37,635 nucleotides of DNA from Candidatus Kapaibacterium sp. (GCA_016788605.1 JAEUSO010000003.1:1-37635), one strand, 5' to 3'. Counted from the stretch's first letter, positions 8,886 to 18,370 are shown. Translations and numbers: made by a program. Notes: generated from the sequence alone by a model not told the origin.

Positions 8886-9130
8886 CCACAGTTTGACCAC
8901 CGAAACCTAGTACCCCAAAATGATGGTGGGATGATTGTAATGTAAGCGGAGGTCATACACAGCGTGTGGTTTGTGACGAGCAGACGTTTTATTTTGGCAA
9001 CAATATAAAACTAATTTTCAAGAAGTAAAAGTTATTGTTTCCTTCTAAAAAAGCGGTTTGAAATGGTGCGGATGCGGTTGCCGGGAATACCACTATGGCT
9101 CTTCTTGGAAGCGTGAGGCAAGAGTGGTCG

Positions 9131-9200
9131 GGGTGGAAGCGGACTGCGCTTTCCGGCAGGTGGCGGGACGTTGCGAAACAAATGGTGCGGTGCCGTTTGC
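9131..9200 (+). repeat. Dispersed non-coding element, copy 1
   Basis: 58/70 ungapped identity to the reverse complement of 25235-25304; contains hairpin GGAAGCG-GACTG-CGCTTTC. Confidence 0.9.
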
Positions 9201-9252
9201 GAAGCATCGTAACAACAGAGGAAAGGTAGAACGACGCAGCAGCAGAAACGCA

Positions 9253-10623
9253 TTACCGGCGCACCTGACCAAACACCGACGACGCGCCGATGCCGACAAT
9301 GCTGTCGTATCCGCCGAAGGATGGATCGCGGTAGTAAATGAACGCAATGAATGTGTGTCCCGCGCCGGCGTTGTTGCCCTCGAATTCCTCGAAACTCATA
9401 TTCTCGATGATCCGTGTGTCAGCGTTTTCGCGTCCTGTTGCGTAGCAGTAGTTGTGGCGGGCGCGGCGTATCCATTGGCGCAAGGTGTAGAGCCGGTTCT
9501 CTTCGTCGTAGCGCATCTGCCATTCGGCGGTGGTGCGCCAGTTGTTGAACGAGCCGATGACAAACACATCGTCGGCGGGAAGCCGGTTTTCGGGATCGAG
9601 CACGAACTCGACGGGGATATAATCATCGTCCGACATGGAGATGCCGCGTGTGACCATTGCACCGTCGTCGGCGCGGAGCAGAAAGCCGCCGTTGCGCCTC
9701 AGATCCGAGAGCGGCAGCCGCACCGGTACGGTGGAACGCGGGAAAAGTCCCGTTTGCGTCATGTCCAGCACGCGGTAGTCGTTTTCGGCGGGGAGCTGCT
9801 CAACGCGGAACCGTTTGCCCGCCGATGCCATGCCCCGCACCGTGGGGTTGATGCCGAACCTACGCCCCGTTGCGCCGCCGCCCGCAAATGCACCGGTTGA
9901 TTGCGATGCGACAAACGGCTCGTTCCACCGGTGGTTGCGGTAAAACACCGCAGTGTGCAGTTGAACATCGGCTATGCCCTGATTGCCGCCCGCCGTTGCT
10001 TCCAATGTCAGTGCCACCGGACTTGCCCGCCTCACAGGTTCGTAGAAATCATTGAACACATCCACCGTGCAATCCATTGCGTAGTCGAGCGCGAAGAAGC
10101 GCGCTTCGGCATAGAGCGCGGTATCGCCGAGTTCGCGGAACTGCACCTTCCAGTTGCCACCGTAGGGAATGCGGATGGTCTCGTTGGGAAACGACAGCAC
10201 GCCGCGATAGGAATAATACCGCGATACCGCAGGCGACATCGTCCATTGGATGTTCGTTGTCCGCATAAACGCAATGTCGTTCAGGAAACCGTTGCCGTCT
10301 TCGCGCCAATCGGCGGTGCAATGCACAAACGTTGCAACAAACGTTGGCGGTATGCTTGCTTGAATATCAAGTTCGACGGTGATGGTTTTTTCGCCGAATA
10401 TCGGCAGCGAGGCAGAGCGTTGCCGCACAAGCAGCACAGGCGGGAGCAGTTCGTTCGTGCCGCCGTAAATACGGACAAAGCGTACCACGGGCGGGAACGG
10501 TGTGTCGGCGGAATCGGCGGGTGCGGCATATAAAACACCGCCGCTTGCAAGCATAACCACCGCAACAGTGCGGATAATGATGCGGCAGCGGAGAGAAATA
10601 TCCGAAAAGGGGTTGTCTGCCAT
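9253..10623 (-). CDS. Type IX secretion system plug protein (DUF5103 family)
   Basis: HCTADW, FPNE...GNW, VFVIGSFNNW, MRYDEE..LY, FEGN...IYYRD...YD match the DUF5103 pattern. Likely start MADNPF at 10623. Confidence 0.7.
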   Translation of the reverse strand: MADNPFSDISLRCRIIIRTVAVVMLASGGVLYAAPADSADTPFPPVVRFVRIYGGTNELLPPVLLVRQRSASLPIFGEKTITVELDIQASIPPTFVATFVHCTADWREDGNGFLNDIAFMRTTNIQWTMSPAVSRYYSYRGVLSFPNETIRIPYGGNWKVQFRELGDTALYAEARFFALDYAMDCTVDVFNDFYEPVRRASPVALTLEATAGGNQGIADVQLHTAVFYRNHRWNEPFVASQSTGAFAGGGATGRRFGINPTVRGMASAGKRFRVEQLPAENDYRVLDMTQTGLFPRSTVPVRLPLSDLRRNGGFLLRADDGAMVTRGISMSDDDYIPVEFVLDPENRLPADDVFVIGSFNNWRTTAEWQMRYDEENRLYTLRQWIRRARHNYCYATGRENADTRIIENMSFEEFEGNNAGAGHTFIAFIYYRDPSFGGYDSIVGIGASSVFGQVRR

Positions 10624-10684
10624 GAAAAAAGATTGTAGGTTGCGGTATATCACAGGTTTTGTAATTGCTGTATCATGTATCGGT

Positions 10685-13462
10685 ATGAATCGAATGTTTA
10701 AACGGACGCTTGTTCTTGTTATCACCACGCTCCTCGAAATTATCACATCATCCGCTGTTCGCGCACAAGGTATTGATCCGCGAAGCGCAACACTGCCCTC
10801 GTTCTTCAGCAACAGGCGCATGGGCTACCTCTCGGATGCGTCGTCGGTCGGGTGGAATCCCGCCATGCTTGGCATCCGCAACGAGTTCGACCTCATGCTT
10901 GCCGTGCCGCTGAATACCGACATCAACGGACTGCCGTCGTCATCGCGCTTGCATACGTTTGCCAAGTTGGGTCCGGTAGGATTGGGCTACATTTTTCAAC
11001 GCGATTCCAGTTTGCCCGCCCAATACTTTGGGGGATTCGGCATTCCGCTGAACAAGAACCGCACGCTGAATATGGGGATCAGTGCAATGTATCAGGATTT
11101 GCGCGTCGGTTCGCTTGCCGATAAATTGCGCGGCAACATCTCGGTGATGTACATACCCACGCCCATGTTGTGGCTTTCGGGCGGCGTATCAACTATTCAT
11201 GGCGGCGGCTCGGACAACCTGATGGGAAATTTTGCAGCAGCGTTCACACCTGTTGATTGGTTCGGATTGCACGCCAATTTCGACCTCTTGACGAAAACCG
11301 AACTCATACCGCTCTTCGCCGACGGCATAAACTTTCAGGCAGGGCTGACGCTCTCGCCGTGGGACGATTTTGTTTTGTCGGGGATGTATAACCCTTCGAT
11401 GCGGCTGGCGCGTGTGGGAGTTGAGGTCAATATTGATTCGTACGGACTCGGGTATATCCAGAACATTCCTGAAGCCGGGCGCGGAACAGGTGCGCTCATC
11501 GGACGCTATCAACCCGACCGTTATATGGATTTGCCCACGTATGTTGCGTCGCTCTCGGGCTCGTCGCTCGATGGCGGCGGCTCACGCGATGCAAGCTGCC
11601 GACCCGAACCCTACAAATGGACTCGCGGCACCGAGCAGGTTTCCGGCACAACACTGATGAACACCATGATGAATGCCGGAAGCGAATACACGAAACTCTA
11701 CTCCACGTTGCAATCACTCAGTCCCGCGGCAGATAAACTCTACGCTGCCATCGGCGAGAAATACTACGGCATAAAACCCGTGGCAACAACGGCGGGCGCA
11801 GCAAACACCACCATCATCCGCCCGCGTGAAACAGGAAACACCATTGTTATTGATTCGGTGAGCAGCACACAAGGCGAGACCACGGTCATCTTCCGTGTAC
11901 GCGACGCAAACAACCGCAACACGGGTGGCTTGAAGCGCGAGAACTTCTTCCTTGCCGACACGACGCAACAGATTACCAACTTCGCACAAACAGCATCGCA
12001 AAAACGTGTTGCAGCCGACTTCATGATTTTGATGGATTGCTCCGGCTCGATGAGCACAAGCATTGCCTCGGTTCGCACCAACGTGCAGAACTTTTCGCGC
12101 TCGCTTGCCAACCGCAACATTGACTACCGTATCGGTTCAATCCTCTATAATCAAGCTGTGTTTGCCACGCTGCCGCCAACAACCAACCTCAACGAGTTCA
12201 CTACGTTTTTCGCGCAAGCATCGGCAAGCGGCTATGATGAAATCACCAGCGATGCGATTATGAAATCGGCAGACGTACCCTACCGCGCCGATGCCGAAAA
12301 AATCGCCATCCTCATCACCGACGACTGCTCAATGCAAGGCAACACCGACTACACCGAGCAAGACCTTATCGAGCAACTGTGGAAAAGCGGTGTGCGGCTC
12401 TACGGCGTTATCAATCCCACCAACCACAACGCGGGATTCACCACACGCCTCACCTTGGGCAAAGAGTATAATATCAAGAGTCCCTTCAACTCGATTCTTG
12501 ACGACATCAGCGGCGAAATCACCACGACCTATCAACTCACCTACAAAGAAAAACCGCCTGTGGCAAAACCGATTCCGCCCAAAGTGATTGTTCGCGGTAC
12601 GGTACAAAGCGAAAGCGGTTGGAACCTTGCGGCAAGCATCGAGGCAATCAGCGGCACATCGCGCCAGACCTACAAGACAAATCCACTGAACGGCGAGTAT
12701 GAATTCGAAGCGCAGCAAGGCAAGCAACTCGAGATGACCGCCACTGCCGACGACCATCAGCCCGATAAGAAGACGCTTGCCGTTCCCACCGCCACCAAGA
12801 ACGACACACTCACCCAGAACTTTACACTGCGCCAACCGAAGACAATCCTGAAAGGCGTTGTAACCGACGAGAACAAAAAACCGCTGCAAGCAAAAATCAA
12901 AATTGAGGACGGCACCACGTTGGCACTTGTGCGCGAGATTGAAACTAACGCCGCCGGAGCGTACTCGATTGAAATCCCCGAAGGGAATATCTACCGCCTT
13001 ACGCCCTCGGTGAAAGAGTACATCCCAACGCCCGCCGATGCCGATATGCGAACCACAAAAAAAGGAACAGTGGTAACGCAAGACCTTATGCTGACAAGCA
13101 TTGCCAACGCAGTAGAAAAAGGATTGACCTTCAAACTGAAGAATATCTTTTTCGATACCGGCAAGTGGGATTTGCGACCCGAAAGTTTCGAGGAACTTGG
13201 CAAGCTCATCACATTCCTGAACGAGTACCAAACGTTGCGGATGGAAATCGGCGCACATACCGATAACGTGGGTAAGGACGATGCTAACATGACGCTCTCG
13301 CAAAAGCGCGCACAGTCGGTGGTGGATTACCTGAAAGGTAAAGGAATAGCGGAGACGCGCATGAATGCGAAGGGCTACGGCAAGACGGTTCCTGTTGGAA
13401 CAAATGACACACCCGAAGGCAGGCAGCTTAACCGCCGCGTCGAGTTCAAGTTGGTGAAGTAA
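10685..13462 (+). CDS. Outer-membrane/periplasmic fusion: predicted beta-barrel + vWA + two carboxypeptidase-regulatory-like domains + OmpA C-terminal domain
   Basis: Signal peptide; WNPAMLG followed by amphipathic strands; MIDAS DCSGS...ITDD; LKGVVTDE..KPL; NIFFDTGK...AHTDNVG...LSQKRA...NRRVEF. Confidence 0.8.
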   Translation: MNRMFKRTLVLVITTLLEIITSSAVRAQGIDPRSATLPSFFSNRRMGYLSDASSVGWNPAMLGIRNEFDLMLAVPLNTDINGLPSSSRLHTFAKLGPVGLGYIFQRDSSLPAQYFGGFGIPLNKNRTLNMGISAMYQDLRVGSLADKLRGNISVMYIPTPMLWLSGGVSTIHGGGSDNLMGNFAAAFTPVDWFGLHANFDLLTKTELIPLFADGINFQAGLTLSPWDDFVLSGMYNPSMRLARVGVEVNIDSYGLGYIQNIPEAGRGTGALIGRYQPDRYMDLPTYVASLSGSSLDGGGSRDASCRPEPYKWTRGTEQVSGTTLMNTMMNAGSEYTKLYSTLQSLSPAADKLYAAIGEKYYGIKPVATTAGAANTTIIRPRETGNTIVIDSVSSTQGETTVIFRVRDANNRNTGGLKRENFFLADTTQQITNFAQTASQKRVAADFMILMDCSGSMSTSIASVRTNVQNFSRSLANRNIDYRIGSILYNQAVFATLPPTTNLNEFTTFFAQASASGYDEITSDAIMKSADVPYRADAEKIAILITDDCSMQGNTDYTEQDLIEQLWKSGVRLYGVINPTNHNAGFTTRLTLGKEYNIKSPFNSILDDISGEITTTYQLTYKEKPPVAKPIPPKVIVRGTVQSESGWNLAASIEAISGTSRQTYKTNPLNGEYEFEAQQGKQLEMTATADDHQPDKKTLAVPTATKNDTLTQNFTLRQPKTILKGVVTDENKKPLQAKIKIEDGTTLALVREIETNAAGAYSIEIPEGNIYRLTPSVKEYIPTPADADMRTTKKGTVVTQDLMLTSIANAVEKGLTFKLKNIFFDTGKWDLRPESFEELGKLITFLNEYQTLRMEIGAHTDNVGKDDANMTLSQKRAQSVVDYLKGKGIAETRMNAKGYGKTVPVGTNDTPEGRQLNRRVEFKLVK

Positions 13463-13514
13463 AGCATCTGTTTGTGTTTCAGAAAGTATGGTGAAGATTT
13501 CTGTTATTCACCAT

Positions 13515-13790
13515 CAAGCTAATGGCGGCTCAAAATACGATCTCTCCTTCGAGAACGCGGTTGTTTATGTACTACACACTGCTATTGCACGAAGTGTTGA
13601 TTGACTTCTACATTGTGCCTCGTGAGTTCTTTGCGAATCGTATGTTAACTGTTTGGTAAGCACGCTACGCAGTTATCACAACTATCCGCATAAAACTCAT
13701 CAATCTCAAGATCGGCGAGTTCTTCATAGAGTTTTCTCACCGTCTTTGCTGATGACAGTAAGGTGCGATGCCGTTTGCTGTAGGCAGAAT
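13515..13790 (-). pseudogene. Degenerate IS1-family transposase (InsB) remnant
   Basis: Minus-strand reading AYSKRHRTLL..SAKTVRKLYEELADLEIDEFYAD...LPNS*HTIRKELT, then TTAFSK in a shifted frame (13547-13564); parallels IS1 InsB motifs, with stops and frameshifts. Confidence 0.6.
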
Positions 13791-13816
13791 CCTCGATGAT
13801 ATGATAAACGCAATCC

Positions 13817-13858
13817 AAAAAAAAATGGCTGCCCGACACAAATGCCGGACAGCCATTT
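13817..13858 (-). terminator. Intrinsic terminator of gcvT
   Basis: Minus strand ATGGCTGTCCGGCA-TTTG-TGTCGGGCAGCCAT then a long T tract. Confidence 0.85.
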
Positions 13859-13877
13859 CAATATGCGTCGGCTGACG

Positions 13878-14972
13878 TTATGCAAGGAAGGGAATCTTGA
13901 CCACTTCGGCGGGGAAGTTTTTGCCGCGTGCAACGATGTCCACCATTGTGCCGGGTGCGCTCAGATGCACAGGAACGTAGCCCATTGCGATTGCCTTGCC
14001 GAGTGTGGGTGCGATGTTACCGCTTGTTACTGTGCCGACTGTTTCGCCGTTGCTGGCGATGCCGTAGCCGTGGCGGGCGATGAATTTATCAACGCCGACA
14101 ACCAAGCCCACGAGTTTGCGCGACACGCCGTTTGCTTTTGCGGCATTCAATACGTCGCTGCCGTTGAACTCGCCTTTGGCAAGTTTGGTAATCCACCCCA
14201 ATCCTGCTTCGAGCGGGTGGGTGGTTTCGTCAATGTCGTTGCCGTAGAGACAATATCCTTTTTCCAAGCGGAGGGTATCGCGTGCGCCCAAGCCAACAGG
14301 TTCGATACCGAATTCCGCGCCTGCCAGCATGATGGCATCCCACACCGCCGCACACACCGAGGCATCGCCACGGAAGTAGATTTCCATGCCGAGTTCGCCG
14401 GTGTAGCCCGTGCGCGAGAGAATCATATCCACGCCCGCAAGAGTGCCGGTGGTAAAGGTGTAGTAGGCAAGTGCACCGAGGTCGGCATCGGTAAGTTTCT
14501 GGAGTGTTTCGATTGACTTCGGTCCTTGGATGGCAAGCAGGTTAATCTCTGCGCTGATGTTGGTAAGCGTCAGGTTGGGGAACGCCGCCGCATTGCCCGC
14601 CGCCCACGCCCAATCTTTTTCTTCGCAGGCACCGTTCACCACCATCATGTAGTGGTTGTCGGTGTGCATATACACAAGCAGGTCGTCCACGATACCGCCG
14701 TCGGGTTTGCACATCGCGCTGTACTGCGCCTTGCCCGGACTGAGCTTCGAGACATCGTTCACCGTGAGCTGCTGAAGGAATGCAAGTGCATCCGCTCCGC
14801 GAACATCGAACTCGCCCATGTGCGAAACATCGAACACGCCGACCGCCGTACGCACGACGTTATGCTCGTGCATGATGCCTTTGGGATATTGAATCGGCAT
14901 TTGGAATCCGGCGAACTCGACCATCTTGGCTCCGGCAGCCGTATGCTGCGCATGAAAATTGGTTTGTTTCAT
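13878..14972 (-). CDS. gcvT: Glycine cleavage system aminomethyltransferase T
   Basis: GAKMVEFAGFQMPIQY, FDVSHMGE, GGIVDDL, SRTGYTGELG, GLGARDTLRLEKG. Start MKQTNFH at 14972. Confidence 0.95.
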   Translation of the reverse strand: MKQTNFHAQHTAAGAKMVEFAGFQMPIQYPKGIMHEHNVVRTAVGVFDVSHMGEFDVRGADALAFLQQLTVNDVSKLSPGKAQYSAMCKPDGGIVDDLLVYMHTDNHYMMVVNGACEEKDWAWAAGNAAAFPNLTLTNISAEINLLAIQGPKSIETLQKLTDADLGALAYYTFTTGTLAGVDMILSRTGYTGELGMEIYFRGDASVCAAVWDAIMLAGAEFGIEPVGLGARDTLRLEKGYCLYGNDIDETTHPLEAGLGWITKLAKGEFNGSDVLNAAKANGVSRKLVGLVVGVDKFIARHGYGIASNGETVGTVTSGNIAPTLGKAIAMGYVPVHLSAPGTMVDIVARGKNFPAEVVKIPFLA

Positions 14973-15098
14973 TGATTGTAGTTGATATGGTAATGGATTA
15001 CACCGTGGCGGGCGTAAAAATAGTTTCGGGGCGGCATCACGGAGAGACATAGCGTGCGCCACGTCTATGCCGGATAGCGACAACCCAACAGCGGACGG

Positions 15099-15106
15099 CA
15101 AAAATA
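15099..15106 (-). promoter_or_regulatory. -7 promoter box (TATTTTTG) for gcvT
   Basis: TAnnTTTG consensus about 125 nt upstream of the gcvT start. Confidence 0.5.
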
Positions 15107-15244
15107 GGTTCAGCATAGCAAAGCGAAACCCCGTGGTACGCTTTATTTTCGCAGCACTATAATCCTGTTGTGCAAAGCGCGGTGTCGGGATTTCCGGCAC
15201 AGTTGCGATTCGCACAACCACTATATCACGTAGTTCATACCGTT

Positions 15245-16621
15245 ATGTCCCCGACCCTGCATGTTCTCAGCCGGTGCATTGTTGCAATTGCCGCTCTTTT
15301 TAGCTGCAACGCGCTTGCCCAAAAAGCCGCGTATCCCTATAGCGAATCGGCGAATAGAATTATCAAAAACGCCACTGCCGACAGCGCGCTCTATAAACGC
15401 TTGGCAACCATGTGCGACACCTACGGCAACCGCCTCAGCGGGAGCGAATCACTTGAACGTGCGATTGACTGGATTATCGCCGAGGCAAAGAAGGACGGGT
15501 ACGATGCACGCGGCGAAAAGGTCATGGTTCCGCATTGGGTTCGCGGCGCTGAATCTTGCACAATGACCGCACCCCGCACGCATACGATGCCAATACTTGG
15601 GTTAGGCGGCTCGGTGGCTACACCGCCGGGCGGCATCGAAGCGGAGATTCTTGTTGTGCGGAGTTTCGAGGAGTTGAAGAAACGTGCGGCGGACGCAAAA
15701 GGGAAAATCGTTCTCTATAATGTGCCGTTCACCAAATACGGCGAGACGGTTCAATACCGTGTGAATGGTGCTGTGGAAGCGGCGCGTGCCGGAGCGGTTG
15801 CATCGCTTGTGCGCTCGGTGGGTCCGTTTTCCATCCAATCGCCCCATACGGGAATGCTGCGCTACAACGACTCTCTTCCTAAAATTCCCCATGCCGCCAT
15901 TACGCTCGAAGATGCCGAGATGATTGCCCGGCTTAGCGGGCGCGGTACGCCTGTCCGTATCCGGCTGATGATGAGCGCGCAAACATTGCCCGATGCGGAG
16001 TCGCGCAATGTGGTGTTTGAAATCAAAGGAACGGAACTGCCGAATGAAGTTGTGGTGATGGGCGGGCATATTGACTCGTGGGATGTGGGGCAGGGTGCGA
16101 TGGACGACGGCGGCGGCTGCTTTGCCGCGTGGTATGCACTGAATGCCATTCGCGCATCGGGACTGAAACCGCGGCGCACCATCCGCGTGGTAATGTGGAC
16201 GAACGAAGAGAACGGTGTGCGCGGCGGTGCGGCGTATGCCGAACAGCATAAGAACGAACGCCACGTGCTGGCAATAGAATCCGACGAAGGCACATTCAAG
16301 CCGACGGGGTTCGGCTACGAGGGTGGTACGCCGCAGATGATGAACCTGCTGAAAGATGTTGCAACGCTGCTAAAGCCGCTCGGCGCGGATGATATTCACA
16401 ACGGCTTTGGCGGAGCGGATATTTCGCCGCTGAAAGAGCGGTTTAACACACCCTTACTCGGACTTGAAGTTCAAGGCGACCGCTACTTTTGGTTTCACCA
16501 CACCCACGGCGATACGATTGACAAACTGAACCCGAAAGAACTGAACGAATGTGCGGCGGCGATGGCGGTGATGGCGTATGTGATTGCCGATATGAAAGAA
16601 CTTCCCGCAACCGGAAAATAA
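15245..16621 (+). CDS. Secreted M28 metallopeptidase (carboxypeptidase Q-like, PA domain)
   Basis: Signal peptide; GGHIDSWDVGQGAMDDGGG, TNEENG, ESDEG, YFWFHHT..DT. Confidence 0.9.
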   Translation: MSPTLHVLSRCIVAIAALFSCNALAQKAAYPYSESANRIIKNATADSALYKRLATMCDTYGNRLSGSESLERAIDWIIAEAKKDGYDARGEKVMVPHWVRGAESCTMTAPRTHTMPILGLGGSVATPPGGIEAEILVVRSFEELKKRAADAKGKIVLYNVPFTKYGETVQYRVNGAVEAARAGAVASLVRSVGPFSIQSPHTGMLRYNDSLPKIPHAAITLEDAEMIARLSGRGTPVRIRLMMSAQTLPDAESRNVVFEIKGTELPNEVVVMGGHIDSWDVGQGAMDDGGGCFAAWYALNAIRASGLKPRRTIRVVMWTNEENGVRGGAAYAEQHKNERHVLAIESDEGTFKPTGFGYEGGTPQMMNLLKDVATLLKPLGADDIHNGFGGADISPLKERFNTPLLGLEVQGDRYFWFHHTHGDTIDKLNPKELNECAAAMAVMAYVIADMKELPATGK

Positions 16622-16626
16622 ACGGG

Positions 16627-17181
16627 CTACGCTTCGCGCACCTTCACGCGGATAAGCCAGTAGGCGGTTGCTTTGTTCAGCAGTTGTGCGGGCTTATAGG
16701 TGCGCCGTCCCTGCACTTTGATATTGTTTGGATACGGCGACGGGTCGCGGACGACAAGCGTTGTCATCACCAAACTGTTGCCCTGCGGAATCAACTCCGC
16801 TCCGGTAATCACCACAGCGTGGTTCATGCGCGGACGCGATTGGTACGAGAGCAGAACCGGACGTTGGTTCATAAGTTCCTCCACAATCACATCAAGCGGC
16901 GGTGCGCCGGGCATCAATACCGACTTCACGGTGTAGTGTTTGCCGCGCCGGTCAAGCCCCCAGTTATTCAAGTGCGAGGTAATGTGCATCAAATCGCCGG
17001 GCTTATTGGGCAGGAATCCGTAGCGGTCGGTTCCGAACGTCCGCTTCACAATCAGTTCTTGCGGCAGGGCAAGACCGTAATGCCGGAAAATCATATTCAG
17101 CGAAGCCGCCCAGCACCACATGGAGTTTCGCTGCGGCGAAAAGCGTTTATTAAGCAGGTCGGAGTTAATCCCGATGAACAT
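16627..17181 (-). CDS. Papain-like cysteine protease family protein (C39-like/C70-like)
   Basis: Q-x4-WCWAAS, NHAVVITG, VRDP triad pattern; no signal peptide. Confidence 0.7.
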   Translation of the reverse strand: MFIGINSDLLNKRFSPQRNSMWCWAASLNMIFRHYGLALPQELIVKRTFGTDRYGFLPNKPGDLMHITSHLNNWGLDRRGKHYTVKSVLMPGAPPLDVIVEELMNQRPVLLSYQSRPRMNHAVVITGAELIPQGNSLVMTTLVVRDPSPYPNNIKVQGRRTYKPAQLLNKATAYWLIRVKVREA

Positions 17182-17215
17182 GGCGTTTTGCTAATAATGA
17201 TGATACGATGCGGTA

Positions 17216-17267
17216 CAAAAGTAGCCACAAGCCGATGTACGGATGTTCATTCGCCGCGCTATCTTTG
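17216..17267. promoter_or_regulatory. Divergent -7 boxes: TACTTTTG (-, 17216-17223) and TATCTTTG (+, 17260-17267)
   Basis: Back-to-back TAnnTTTG matches in front of the divergent protease and fbp genes. Confidence 0.55.
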
Positions 17268-17332
17268 CCGTGTGTGATGTGCAATGCGCCGCCACTGCCA
17301 ATCCCCTCAACAACCAACAACGTCCCTACGTC

Positions 17333-18370
17333 ATGTTCGACCCTAATCAAAAACTCGTAACCATCGAACGCCATATCGCCGAGCAGCAGGGAATGTTTCC
17401 CGAAGCCACAGGCGAATTCTCGAAACTCATGCGCGACCTGACCCTTGCGCTCCGCATCATTGCACGCGATGTGCGCCGTGCGGGGCTGAATAACATTTTG
17501 GGTTATACGCAGCAAACAAACGTCCATGGCGAGGCGGTGAAAAAGCTCGACGAGTTTGCCAACGACATCATCTTCCGCGCAATGGATCATGGCGGTCATT
17601 TATGCGTCATGGCTTCGGAGGAATCGGACGGATTGATTCAGATACCGCAAGAGTATAAACGCGGCAAGTACGTGCTGGTCTTCGACCCGCTCGACGGCTC
17701 CTCGAATATAGATGTGAACATCACCATCGGCACCATCTTCTCGATTTACCGCAGGGTGGACACAATGCTTGACACACCCGGCTCGGTTGAAGACATTTTG
17801 CAAGAGGGATATAAGCAAGTATGCGCCGGCTACGCACTCTATGGCAGCAGTACGCAACTTGTTTATACAACCGGCAAAGGCGTGGACTGCTTCACGTTCG
17901 ACCCCACTATCGGCGAGTTCCTTCTCTCGCATCCGCAAATCACCATACCGGAACGCGGAAAAATTTACAGTATCAACGAAGGTAACCGCCACTATTGGGC
18001 GAAGGGTTTGCAGCAATACGTTGAGTACCTGAAAACACCGACACCCGACAACGCCCATCCTTACTCGCTCCGCTATATCGGAACGGCGATTGCCGACGTT
18101 CACCGCACACTCTTCTATGGGGGCATCTTCATGTATCCCGCCGACAGCAAATCTCCGAAGGGCAAGCTGCGCTTGATATACGAAGTGAATCCGCTTGCGG
18201 CAATTATCGAAGAAGCCGGCGGGCGCGCCACCGACGGCGAACGCGAGATACTGACCATCATGCCTACGGAAATCCACGAACGGATGCCCTGCTTCATGGG
18301 CAGTAAAGAAGATGTTCTGGAAGTGGAGCAATTCCTGCGGGGCGAACACCCAAGCCAATTGGTGGTATAA
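17333..18370 (+). CDS. fbp: Fructose-1,6-bisphosphatase class I
   Basis: KKLDEFAND, MASEE, FDPLDGSSNIDVN, YSINEGN, RYIG...DVHRTL, GKLRLIYE. Start MFDPNQ at 17333. Confidence 0.95.
   Translation: MFDPNQKLVTIERHIAEQQGMFPEATGEFSKLMRDLTLALRIIARDVRRAGLNNILGYTQQTNVHGEAVKKLDEFANDIIFRAMDHGGHLCVMASEESDGLIQIPQEYKRGKYVLVFDPLDGSSNIDVNITIGTIFSIYRRVDTMLDTPGSVEDILQEGYKQVCAGYALYGSSTQLVYTTGKGVDCFTFDPTIGEFLLSHPQITIPERGKIYSINEGNRHYWAKGLQQYVEYLKTPTPDNAHPYSLRYIGTAIADVHRTLFYGGIFMYPADSKSPKGKLRLIYEVNPLAAIIEEAGGRATDGEREILTIMPTEIHERMPCFMGSKEDVLEVEQFLRGEHPSQLVV

Noticed and set aside
8760-8960. Possible gene remnant upstream of the BNR protein (FGVLGFGGQTVDSNTACDNSITIG)
   Set aside because: Short, no start codon, and no family recognised.
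9032-9347. Short ORFs sharing peptides (ADCAFRQ / CRKAQSA) with ORFs at 25015-25380
   Set aside because: Similarity comes from the DNA repeat; substitutions are not synonymous-biased and the ORFs overlap real genes.
10502-10821. Apparent 320-nt head-to-head overlap of the plug and OmpA genes
   Set aside because: Artefact of longest-ORF starts; signal-peptide positions favour 10623 (-) and 10685/10694 (+).
15040-15080. GGAGAGAC motif suggesting a glycine riboswitch
   Set aside because: On the wrong strand for gcvT and lacks the CCGAAG and CTCTCAGG elements.
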